Part shown: positions 9,884 through 18,477 of the stretch, piece after piece
Position numbering within the stretch: the first letter of the stretch is position 1
Layout: every line of letters starts with the position of its first letter
IMG/VR virus record: IMGVR_UViG_3300023245_000006
Location: 1 to 64,000 of that record
Origin: a virus
DNA length: 64,000 bases
Reading direction: 5' to 3' (one strand)
Notes under the pieces: generated by a model
Seen by the model: the letters and a program-made list of their open reading frames with translations, nothing else
What the model was told of the DNA's origin: nothing
Database searches by the model: none
Translations under genes and position numbers: made by a program

Positions 9884-11173
9884 TTACAGACCACAAAATA
9901 GTCTAAAAAGATAGTCGAAATTTTCCTTTACCGGACCAGTTTGTTCAGGTTGTTTATGGACAAAACCATAAACATAATCGATAATTTCGTTTGCTGTTTT
10001 TCGTATAACATCTTGATTTTGAGTGATATGCTCTGGATCAATTTTCCAAAGTGCCAAATATTTCGCAGCATGTTCACTACTCAAACCGAATTCTTCCAAG
10101 ACTACATATGCCACACCTTCGGCTTGAAGCTCTTTTATATTACTAGGAATTTCACCACGCATTCTAATTTCCATAGTATGAATCAATTCATGGGCAATTT
10201 CATGAACCATGGTCGATATATTTTTTTGTAGTAATTGTATCGAACCCACCGAACTCACACCGCGAGCATCACCCAAACCCTCGGAACCAATTTTTACCTT
10301 GATGTTTTTCATCTCGGCAAAACTCGATAGGGCCTCGAAAATGGATTCTGTGGTTTCGTCTAGATTTTCATCAGAATACCATTTTGGTTTTTCTGGTATC
10401 TTTGCAATATCTTCTTTACCCTCAATTGGTTCCGTATCAGAAATATCAAAAATTGGACCCAATTTAAATCGGGTGATTTTACGCACTTCATCATCTGGCG
10501 CAGGAACATGACCATCTTCGGGTTTATCTTTTACGATAATGGGGATAAAAATTTGTATACCCTTCGATCCTTTTTTTAATTTTCGTCCAAATTCTTTTTC
10601 CCATTTCACCCTACCAGCAACATGTGTTGCATCTTTTCTTTGTAGATATATGAGCATTTGGTTGTTGAATGAATAATTTCGGAATTTCTTTCTAAAATTT
10701 AGAAAATCTTGAATTTCTGGGGAATTAATATTTTCTTCTAGTTCCTTTTTCAACCTGGATAAAAAGTTTTCAATTTGATCTTGTGCTCCTAAATCAGCCA
10801 ATTCTTCGATTTCTTCGGATGCATCATCTAAATTTATAGGTGATGATCCAGATGATTTATTAAGAGACATGACCGCTTTCTTATATGTTGGAGCAGCTTT
10901 GTGAAAATCGGATTCCTCAAAACTATCCTTTGAAACCCATCTTCGAAGGTTCGCTTTATCAAAATAAAATAAACCAGTATCTCTAATACCAGTTTTCTTT
11001 TTAAATGTTTCGTTTCTTCCAGCAGAATCTGGCATATCACTATCAACAACAAAAATGAATTTCCCATCATCCATTCGTTTTCGTTTAAGGATTAAATTTT
11101 CTTCAATCGTTTCCGTGGGATTTAGTAGTTCCTTATAAAGATTTTCAAGAATTATTGTATCAACATCTCTCAT
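9884..11173 (-). CDS. ArdC-like ssDNA-binding domain plus zincin metallopeptidase-like domain (antirestriction/polyvalent-protein type)
   Basis: FRNYSFNNQMLIYLQ...ATHVAG..KW...GR.LKKGSKGI.I, FDISDT, HEIAHELIH...ELQAEGVAY. Confidence 0.8.
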   Translation of the reverse strand: MRDVDTIILENLYKELLNPTETIEENLILKRKRMDDGKFIFVVDSDMPDSAGRNETFKKKTGIRDTGLFYFDKANLRRWVSKDSFEESDFHKAAPTYKKAVMSLNKSSGSSPINLDDASEEIEELADLGAQDQIENFLSRLKKELEENINSPEIQDFLNFRKKFRNYSFNNQMLIYLQRKDATHVAGRVKWEKEFGRKLKKGSKGIQIFIPIIVKDKPEDGHVPAPDDEVRKITRFKLGPIFDISDTEPIEGKEDIAKIPEKPKWYSDENLDETTESIFEALSSFAEMKNIKVKIGSEGLGDARGVSSVGSIQLLQKNISTMVHEIAHELIHTMEIRMRGEIPSNIKELQAEGVAYVVLEEFGLSSEHAAKYLALWKIDPEHITQNQDVIRKTANEIIDYVYGFVHKQPEQTGPVKENFDYLFRLFCGL

Positions 11174-11180
11174 ATCTATA

Positions 11181-11205
11181 TATTTATACTTTGGTGTTAT
11201 AAGTA
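11181..11205. promoter_or_regulatory. Back-to-back T4-like late promoters (TATAAATA minus 11181-11188; TATAAGTA plus 11198-11205)
   Basis: Exact T4 late consensus and a one-base variant, each 6-7 nt before a divergent ATG. Confidence 0.7.
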
Positions 11206-11211
11206 TTGATT

Positions 11212-12105
11212 ATGCCGCAGCACGATTCACATATTTTAAAAGAGTTTATGGGAAATATCTATAATATGAAAAATATCACCGAAGGGTATTTCCACGTTCC
11301 ACAAGAGATATATAAGGATGTAAAAAACTATTACTTAACTGCATATAAAAAGGTTAAACTTGAAGGTATTAAGAAAATAACCAAAAAGAATTTACCTTCT
11401 AAGAATTTTATCATAGATTTCACGGGGACATCATATGAACATTTAAATAAGTTATCACCAAAACCCAATGTTGATGTTAAGCTATCGATATCTAAGGGTA
11501 GCCATTACAACAATATAAACATTGATGATAATAATGGTATCATTCAATTGAGTTTATTTGAACCTGCTCGCGAAGTTTATGATGTTATAGAACATGAGAT
11601 GTCCCACTTCGTTCAATTTTTAATACAAAAATATAACAGAGACGTTAAGAATATCGAACGATCTAAAATAGGTGGACTACCATCGAAACGTCACATGAAA
11701 GGTCAATCGAGTGTAATGGGTTACACTAATAATGGATATAAAAAAGCCCACTCGAAAAGACCTGTCGAATACTACCCAGATCTTCTTAGTTCGATCCGAG
11801 AATTACAATATATGTATCACAAAGAACATGAGGATAATTGGGAACAGATGGAAAAATCCGACCCAGATAAGAAAGATTTCCTCATCCGTTTCTTTAGATC
11901 TGTAAAAGAAAAAGAACCATTCGGTAGAGTTTCGTCATTGGCATTCAAATCATTTAAAAGTTTATCGCCAGAATTCTATCAAAATATGTCGCGCATACTG
12001 TATGATGCTTTTATGAACAAACCTATCAATTTCGACCCTGTAGAGATAAAGAACGCACTAGGTGGTGTGACCAGAGAGTTGATTCGTCGATCATCTAGTC
12101 GATAA
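11212..12105 (+). CDS. Hypothetical late protein with HExxH motif
   Basis: IEHEMSHFVQ; N-terminus MPQHDSHILKE resembles the shared tag. Confidence 0.65.
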   Translation: MPQHDSHILKEFMGNIYNMKNITEGYFHVPQEIYKDVKNYYLTAYKKVKLEGIKKITKKNLPSKNFIIDFTGTSYEHLNKLSPKPNVDVKLSISKGSHYNNINIDDNNGIIQLSLFEPAREVYDVIEHEMSHFVQFLIQKYNRDVKNIERSKIGGLPSKRHMKGQSSVMGYTNNGYKKAHSKRPVEYYPDLLSSIRELQYMYHKEHEDNWEQMEKSDPDKKDFLIRFFRSVKEKEPFGRVSSLAFKSFKSLSPEFYQNMSRILYDAFMNKPINFDPVEIKNALGGVTRELIRRSSSR

Positions 12106-12321
12106 TTTGTTCAGAACTCCAACCATCGACATCATCGATTAGATCTGGGATGTTACCACCGATAGATTGTGCAAATCCTTCACCCTAAATGGTTTTGAAT
12201 ATCATTGTTATAGATATTTTCCGTAAACTTTGGATAGCATATTTTAATTTTTTTGCATAAGACCTGATGTTATTGAACTCTTCAAAGTTGAATGTTTCAG
12301 GGTATGATTCGGTTAAATATT

Positions 12322-13770
12322 TCATACATTTCTATGGAAAAATTTCTTAAAGGATATCGATTCGGTTAAATTTAATTTATCTTTATCTTGGGGTTTAATA
12401 CCGTTTATAATAATGTCTGGAATGGGTTTTTTATTCCGAATTAATATATTCGCAACCTCAAAAGAACGTGCCCAATCTTTTGCAATAGAATTTAAAAACA
12501 TATCAGGAACGTCCTTTCCTTTTTCAATTAAAGCTTTGGCAAACTTATATGATTCATACGAATCTTTTGCAATAGAATTTAAAAATATATCAGGAACATC
12601 CTTTCCATTTTCGATTAAAGCTACTGCAAATCTATATGAACTATCCGAATATTTTGCAATAGAATTTAAAAATATATCAGGAAGGTCCTTTCCTTTTTCA
12701 ATTAAAGCTTTGGCAAACTTATATGATTCATACGAATCTTTTGCAATAGAATTTAAAAATATATCAGGAAGGTCCTTTCCATTTTTGATTAAGAATATAG
12801 CAAAATTAGACGATTCGTTTGAATCACCCGATCCGGCAAGAACATCACCTCTCTTTTTTATCCAAAGATTTTGTTCCGATGGTGTTAAGGATTTAAAATT
12901 CTCAGAATTGAGTTGATGACCCATATTTAAATATTCATTTTTTAAATTCTTATCTAAACATGATAAATCTGAAACCCCAAAACCACTTTTTATATATTCT
13001 TCTTTTTCTACATATTTTAGAGAATTGAACACATACACACTAAAATCATAGTTTAAAGATTCGTATTTTTTAATTTTTTGGATTTCTGATTCCAATAAAG
13101 GATCGTTTTTAAAAATACCATTAGAAAAAGGCTTAGATAGATCAGGAAAGGCTTCTACAATTTCTTCTTCGGTAATATCATCGGTTCCATGACCCTGAGA
13201 ACCATTATCAGCCCATGTCCATTGATATCGATCATCTGTTTGTGCATCGATAACAATATAATGACTAGGATCTTTAAACATACCTCTATCATCTTTTTCA
13301 GAAGTATTCTCTTTAAATCTCACAAAATAAAAGGTAGATGCTGCTCGTAACCTATATCCGGTCCATAAATTTCCTCCCGATGGTCGAGATACACAAAAAG
13401 AATAATAACCATTGTCACTTAGAATTATGGATTGTCCAGTGTTTGTAGATTTATACACGATTACCTCTGCATCCTCATAAACCTTTAGATCATCCTTAGA
13501 AACGCTCTCAACCTGTTTACTGGCACCCACCCTTGTCGAGTCGGTTGCATGTTCAAACTCATCGAATGTTTTATATTGAAATGGGTCTTTTTTTGGTAGC
13601 GTTGCACGAGCCTTCTCGAAGGTCGATATATAATCTCTGATAGTTTTTTCCGATAAATCGGTTGTTTTTTGAAAGTGGGCTACCATCATCGAAATCGCCT
13701 TTTCGGAGAATTCTAGTAGGAGAATATCTCGATAGAGTGTTTCTAAAATTAATGTGTCGTTGTCTCTCAT
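12322..13770 (-). CDS. Hypothetical protein with MRDNDTLILE tag and ~4.5 C-terminal 29-aa helical repeats
   Basis: Repeat unit (N/K)GKD(L/V)PDIFLNSIAKxSxxSYxFAxALIE, 87-bp period at ~12420-12800; ATGA overlap with the upstream gene. Confidence 0.75.
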   Translation of the reverse strand: MRDNDTLILETLYRDILLLEFSEKAISMMVAHFQKTTDLSEKTIRDYISTFEKARATLPKKDPFQYKTFDEFEHATDSTRVGASKQVESVSKDDLKVYEDAEVIVYKSTNTGQSIILSDNGYYSFCVSRPSGGNLWTGYRLRAASTFYFVRFKENTSEKDDRGMFKDPSHYIVIDAQTDDRYQWTWADNGSQGHGTDDITEEEIVEAFPDLSKPFSNGIFKNDPLLESEIQKIKKYESLNYDFSVYVFNSLKYVEKEEYIKSGFGVSDLSCLDKNLKNEYLNMGHQLNSENFKSLTPSEQNLWIKKRGDVLAGSGDSNESSNFAIFLIKNGKDLPDIFLNSIAKDSYESYKFAKALIEKGKDLPDIFLNSIAKYSDSSYRFAVALIENGKDVPDIFLNSIAKDSYESYKFAKALIEKGKDVPDMFLNSIAKDWARSFEVANILIRNKKPIPDIIINGIKPQDKDKLNLTESISFKKFFHRNV

Positions 13771-14222
13771 AATTCCTTTTCCCATATAACACCATCGATG
13801 TGAGTAAATCCAGCCCTTTTCACCATATTTAACACCAACTCGCTATGAACTTCTAGATGGATAGCATCGGCCATTTCATTTTTTGCTTCGTTCAATCCCT
13901 GATTAAACAACATTCTTCCGATACCCTTTCCCTGATAATTCTCGTCAACGATAATATCGAACGAATATTGTCGTCCCATACCTTCATTATAAGAACTTCC
14001 GAATAGTGCCCCGACGATAATTCGATAACCTTCTTGTGGGGATGGTATAACTTCCAGAGCACCCATCAATTCTTTATCACTCAAAATATTTATCGGTGCA
14101 TTGGAGGCCAGATCCCATGCACCATCCATAACCTCTTGATCTTCAACATCAACCCATTCATATTGTTCGTTCGATACCGAATCATAAAGATTTTCTAAAA
14201 TTAATGTGTCGTTGTCTCTCAT
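13767..14222 (-). CDS. GNAT-family acetyltransferase with MRDNDTLILE tag
   Basis: IIVDENYQGKGIGRMLF acetyl-CoA motif A; start reassigned to 14222 (ATAAATA upstream; the longer ORF overlaps + strand genes). Confidence 0.8.
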   Translation of the reverse strand: MRDNDTLILENLYDSVSNEQYEWVDVEDQEVMDGAWDLASNAPINILSDKELMGALEVIPSPQEGYRIIVGALFGSSYNEGMGRQYSFDIIVDENYQGKGIGRMLFNQGLNEAKNEMADAIHLEVHSELVLNMVKRAGFTHIDGVIWEKEL

Positions 14223-14274
14223 AAATAGATATTTATCCTTGACATGATCCGAATATCTGCTATAAATTTGGACT

Positions 14275-14472
14275 ATGGATATTTTAACATTAATAACGCT
14301 GGTTGTAGGTAGCCTCATCGGTATTCTCATTTTGGGATTTGCTGGATGGGTTATCTGCCTTTTCGTGACTCTACTAATCAATGCAATTGGATATGCACTA
14401 CAAGGCGGGTTCGTTCTTGGAATAATTATTATTATTGCTGCACTTATCTTTATTGGTATAATTGGTGCATAA
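14275..14472 (+). CDS. Small membrane protein
   Basis: Almost entirely hydrophobic; TTGACA promoter directly upstream. Confidence 0.6.
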   Translation: MDILTLITLVVGSLIGILILGFAGWVICLFVTLLINAIGYALQGGFVLGIIIIIAALIFIGIIGA

Positions 14473-14511
14473 AATTGTTGACAAAATCTATAAACCGGGA
14501 GATCATAAGAA

Positions 14512-15384
14512 ATGAATAATAGACTAAACACCGTTGCCATAGTTGGATCGAATGGATATATTGGACAATATTTCACCAAATATCTTTCAGAAATGGGATC
14601 TAACCTTGTGCACATCGGCAGAGATTTTACAAAAGAAGATGTTAAAGGAGCAACATTTTTAATCAATTGTGCCGGATTCACCGGAAAACCAAACGTCGAT
14701 GCCTGCGAAGATCAAAAATTGGAATGTTTTAAAGGGAACGCCGAATTACCTTTTCATATAGGTAATATATGTAAAACTTTGGGTATTCCGTGGGGTCACA
14801 TATCTTCTGGGTGTATTTATCACGGAACCAAAGAAGATGGAACCGGATTCACCGAGACCGATAAACCAAATTTTGCATTTGATTCGAAAGAACCTTGTAG
14901 TTTTTATAGTGGAACCAAGGCAGTAGGGGAAGAAACGATCCGAGATATGGAATGTTATATATGGAGACTTAGAATTCCTTTCAATTCCGATATTGACAAC
15001 ACTCGAAATTATCTTTATAAGTTGTTGAATTACAACAAATTGCTAAATGTTAGAAATTCGATTTCACATATTGGGGATTTTGTCAAGGCATCTATAGAAT
15101 GTGTGGAAAAGGAAATCCCATTTGGAATATATAACGTGGTCAATGGGGATATCACGACCGAAGATATTATTAAAATTTTCGGAAGAACCAAATATTTTAC
15201 AGAAAAGGGATTTTCATTCTATAACAGCGAAGAAGAATTCAACAAAACTATCAGAGCACCAAGATCTTCTTGTGTATTGAGCAACGAAAAATTATTTAGA
15301 CATGGTATCGAAATGCGGTCTGTTGATGAAGCACTAGAAGAATCGATCAACAAATATATAAATAAAAGGATCAATGAACTATGA
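14512..15384 (+). CDS. NAD-dependent nucleotide-sugar epimerase/reductase (RmlD-like, 3,5-epimerase/4-reductase type)
   Basis: GSNGYIG Rossmann motif, AGFTGKPNVDACE, SSGCIY, YxxxK (YSGTK). Confidence 0.85.
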   Translation: MNNRLNTVAIVGSNGYIGQYFTKYLSEMGSNLVHIGRDFTKEDVKGATFLINCAGFTGKPNVDACEDQKLECFKGNAELPFHIGNICKTLGIPWGHISSGCIYHGTKEDGTGFTETDKPNFAFDSKEPCSFYSGTKAVGEETIRDMECYIWRLRIPFNSDIDNTRNYLYKLLNYNKLLNVRNSISHIGDFVKASIECVEKEIPFGIYNVVNGDITTEDIIKIFGRTKYFTEKGFSFYNSEEEFNKTIRAPRSSCVLSNEKLFRHGIEMRSVDEALEESINKYINKRINEL

Positions 15385-15647
15385 AAACGATAAAAATTGG
15401 AACGGTTAAAAAAAGAGACCCACTTATCCCTTGGGTTGGGATGTGTTTTATATGTCCAGAATGTGAAGGAATGTTTGAATTCGAAATAAAAGATTTTAAG
15501 AATTATTCTGATAATCATGACAGATTTTTTAAATGTGAGACACCACACTGTGACGAATATATCTACCTACAAACAAATCCAACCAAAATTATAAATTTTC
15601 GGGGTGAAAATATCGAAGTTTCTAAAAACAGTATTGACAAATGGTAA
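15381..15647 (+). CDS. Hypothetical protein, possible Zn ribbon
   Basis: CPEC and CETPHC; ATGA coupling to the upstream gene. Confidence 0.55.
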   Translation: MKTIKIGTVKKRDPLIPWVGMCFICPECEGMFEFEIKDFKNYSDNHDRFFKCETPHCDEYIYLQTNPTKIINFRGENIEVSKNSIDKW

Positions 15648-15667
15648 AAAAAGGACAATATGGCGGC

Positions 15668-15868
15668 ATGAAAAACTGGATAAAGAATCAAATTTGGATC
15701 GCGAAGTTCTATATGGAACTTTTTAAACAAATGTTATTTCTTTTCATATGGAGAAATCGTATGAAAGATATGTCATTGATTAAAATTAAAGGTTGGAATA
15801 AGGCACTGGTGGATGATACACACACATGTCTTTTAATTCGAAAAACCGTAACATTCGAACTCTGGTAA
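15668..15868 (+). CDS. Small hypothetical protein
   Basis: TTGACA-N16-CAATAT-N6-ATG at 15668. Confidence 0.45.
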   Translation: MKNWIKNQIWIAKFYMELFKQMLFLFIWRNRMKDMSLIKIKGWNKALVDDTHTCLLIRKTVTFELW

Positions 15869-15952
15869 ATATCGTGGACCGAATCAAATTTAGGAATTTA
15901 AAGACATGAATAAAAAACGTTGTAGAGAAAAATAAAAGAATCATAGAATTAT

Positions 15953-17575
15953 ATGGACAAAGAAATTATATTAAAAAAATACGGTAGGATTTATAGACTT
16001 TATCCTACAAAGGATCAAATCAAAATTTTCCAAGATTGGCAAAATGGTGCCAGAGCATATGGCAATGAAATTTTATGGAATCAAACAGTTTCGGAAAGAT
16101 TTTTCGATGAAAAGAAACGAGATATCGTCGAACTTAAAATAAAGGCACTTACCGATGTTGGAAAAACCGAAGAAGAAATTAAGGTTCTAAAAGATAAAGA
16201 CTTCTGGGTTACTATTAATAACCAACTCTCGGACCAATATCCGATCAAAGACGCGATTCGTAATGGTTTTAAAGAAATCAGGACAGAATTAACCATAGAT
16301 AAGAAGGGACCAGATCGAGAACTTTTAGATAAGATTATATTAGAAAGATATCCCAATTATGTTGATCTAAAAGATTCATCTAAAAGTTATCTGGGTGCAT
16401 GTGGAGAGGGAGGAATGTATAAGGTCGGAACCGGAAAATATAAACTACCTTCGGCACTGGTCATAGGGATTTTAAAATCTAATGATAAGGCATGGACCAC
16501 GTTCTACGAAATTTGTAAGAACGGAAAAAGTGTTCAACATCTCGTTGGTGCAAAAAAGAAAAAAGCCGCAAAAGGAAAGAGAGTTGATAATTTCGGAAAA
16601 CCCAAGTTTATGAAAAAGTGGGAAATTCCTAATCTTTTATTTTCTACCGGAAATCTGAAAGGACCGAATTTTGAAAAACAACAGGTATTTATTCAAACTT
16701 TGAAGACACCGATCAAGGCAAAATTAGATGTTTATCCCATAGGGATTATCACTTCTTATACAGTTTCAAATATAGGTAAGAAGTGGTTTATTTCTTATGG
16801 TCTAAAGACCAATGTAATAGAACCAGAACATCAACACATCGAATCACAGGTAGGGCTAGATTTGGGTGTAACCAAATTCTTGACCACCACCGATAGTTCC
16901 CAAAAGACCCGAATTTTTGAATTAGACAAAACCTCTAAGAAAAGACTGGCGATTTTGAAAAATCGGGTGAAGATGATCCAGACGATTATTTCGAGATTAG
17001 AACGAGCCGAACCGATGAACTATATAGAAATCAACTGGAAACTAAAAATGTCCGACAAGACAAATCCAGATTATAAACATTTCCAGAGACATAGTAATAA
17101 TTGGTTTAGATCAAATCAAAAACTGGTTGAAACGAAATATAAAATCAATGAAATTTTGAAAAATTTTAGACATCATGTTTCTAATGTGATCACCGATAAA
17201 TATGGAACCATCGGGATAGACAATCTACAAATTTCTAACATGACCAAATCCGGTAAAGGAACCAAAGATGAACATGGTAAAAATGTTAAACAAAAGGCAG
17301 GTCTGAATAGGTCGATCTTGGAACAGGGTTGGGGAATTTTTAATAACCAATTGAAATATAAGGCATCATGGAGAGGTGCAAAGGTTATCGAAATCGATCC
17401 TAAATACACTTCCCAGACATGTCCCGACTGTGGACACGTTTCCAGAGACAATAGAAAGACACAGGCAAAGTTCGAATGCATTGATTGTGGACATAGTGCC
17501 AATGCCGATGTGGTAGGATCACAAAATAATTTGAAAAAGATTAATAAAAAGGTTGCAATACCTGAGACTTTGTAG
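15953..17575 (+). CDS. CRISPR-associated TnpB-derived compact Cas12-like (type V) effector, 540 aa
   Basis: N-terminal YRLYPTKDQ, RuvC-I VGLDLG (D303), RuvC-II IGIDNL (D423 where E is usual), KAGLNRSILEQGW, YTSQTCPDCG...FECIDCG Zn finger, RuvC-III NADVVG (D519); adjacent tracrRNA candidate and CRISPR array. Confidence 0.88.
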   Translation: MDKEIILKKYGRIYRLYPTKDQIKIFQDWQNGARAYGNEILWNQTVSERFFDEKKRDIVELKIKALTDVGKTEEEIKVLKDKDFWVTINNQLSDQYPIKDAIRNGFKEIRTELTIDKKGPDRELLDKIILERYPNYVDLKDSSKSYLGACGEGGMYKVGTGKYKLPSALVIGILKSNDKAWTTFYEICKNGKSVQHLVGAKKKKAAKGKRVDNFGKPKFMKKWEIPNLLFSTGNLKGPNFEKQQVFIQTLKTPIKAKLDVYPIGIITSYTVSNIGKKWFISYGLKTNVIEPEHQHIESQVGLDLGVTKFLTTTDSSQKTRIFELDKTSKKRLAILKNRVKMIQTIISRLERAEPMNYIEINWKLKMSDKTNPDYKHFQRHSNNWFRSNQKLVETKYKINEILKNFRHHVSNVITDKYGTIGIDNLQISNMTKSGKGTKDEHGKNVKQKAGLNRSILEQGWGIFNNQLKYKASWRGAKVIEIDPKYTSQTCPDCGHVSRDNRKTQAKFECIDCGHSANADVVGSQNNLKKINKKVAIPETL

Positions 17576-17581
17576 TAATAT
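17553..17581 (+). promoter_or_regulatory. Sigma70-like promoter for the tracrRNA candidate
   Basis: TTGCAA-N17-TAATAT overlapping the effector stop codon. Confidence 0.55.
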
Positions 17582-17587
17582 ACAAAT

Positions 17588-17780
17588 ATGTCGATGCTCA
17601 ATCGATCAAGGCGTTCGACAAAGGTAAAACTTTGTGAGCCATTAGGGTAAAACCTATTAGGACCAGAACGAAGTGGGAAGGTAACAACCCACATCTACCG
17701 AGAACGGTAGAATCATATTCAAAAGATACTGCGAACCTCTGAGGTTCTAAAAGGCCAAAGAGGTTCGCAGTTTTCTTTAT
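17588..17780 (+). ncRNA. Putative tracrRNA (omegaRNA-derived scaffold)
   Basis: Anti-repeats CTCAATC (17597-17603) and AATCATATTCA (17711-17721) are complementary to the repeat 3' half; several hairpins; terminator at the 3' end. Confidence 0.72.
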
Positions 17781-17781
17781 T
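17728..17781 (+). terminator. Rho-independent terminator ending the tracrRNA candidate
   Basis: 13-bp inverted repeat ACTGCGAACCTCT/AGAGGTTCGCAGT followed by TTTCTTTATT. Confidence 0.7.
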
Positions 17782-17902
17782 TACTACAATTCAACGATTT
17801 ATAACGAAAACATGAAAGAAAAAAATGAAAATTGCAAAAATCTACAGGTTAGCGAAAATGAGAATGCAACCCATTACAAGGCAATAGATTGTAATGGGTG
17901 CC
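17782..17902 (+). promoter_or_regulatory. CRISPR leader
   Basis: A-rich; 11-bp inverted repeat ACCCATTACAA/TTGTAATGGGT (17869-17899) 3 bp before repeat 1. Confidence 0.65.
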
Positions 17903-18467
17903 CTAACAATAGAGTTTAGAGAATGAATATGATTGAGAGCTTCTCACCGGCTTTCTCCCCAAATGCTTTCCGACTAACAATAGAGTTTAGAGAATGAATA
18001 TGATTGAGAGTCATCGCCTTGAAGATACTAACAAAAGAGTTTAGAGAATGAATATGAATGAGAGCTTATCACACCAAGTCTTGGTGGACGGTCGGCGACT
18101 AACAATAGAGTTTAGAGAATGAATATGAATGAGAGCAGAGCGGGTGGCAGATCAGGCCGCAGATATGACTAACAATAGAGTTTAGAGAATGAATATGATT
18201 GAGAGGTATTGCCAGTTCGGGCAACAGCCCTTGTTTAACCTAACAATAGAGTTTAGAAAATGAATATGATTGAGAGTCATCGCCTTCAAGATGCTAACAA
18301 TAGAGTTTAGAAAATGAATATGATTGAGAGGAGGCATCGACAATCCAAATCAATACACTGCCCTCTAACAATAGAGTTTAGAGAATGAATATGATTGAGA
18401 GAACGGCCCTTAGTAGATTGACCGTGGTGACTAACAATAGAGTTTAGAAAATGAATATGATTGAGAG
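17903..18467 (+). CRISPR. CRISPR array: 9 repeats of 37 bp (CTAACAATAGAGTTTAGAGAATGAATATGATTGAGAG), 8 spacers of 34, 17, 34, 33, 34, 17, 34 and 29 bp
   Basis: Repeats start at 17903, 17974, 18028, 18099, 18169, 18240, 18294, 18365 and 18431 with 0-2 substitutions; 3' end ATTGAGAG resembles the common ATTGAAAN end. Confidence 0.97.
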
Positions 18468-18477
18468 TAGCTAAAAT

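Noticed and set aside
14223-14681. N-terminal extension of the GNAT ORF in the ORF track
   Set aside because: Overlaps two credible + strand genes; the true start is the MRDNDT ATG at 14222.
17173-17694. 173-aa minus-strand ORF over the effector end and tracrRNA
   Set aside because: Antisense shadow with no recognisable motifs.
18011-18027. Mini-spacer similarity to the conserved 23S rRNA 5' motif AGGCGATGA
   Set aside because: Only about 9 nt match from memory, which is expected by chance; needs a search against the real host rDNA.
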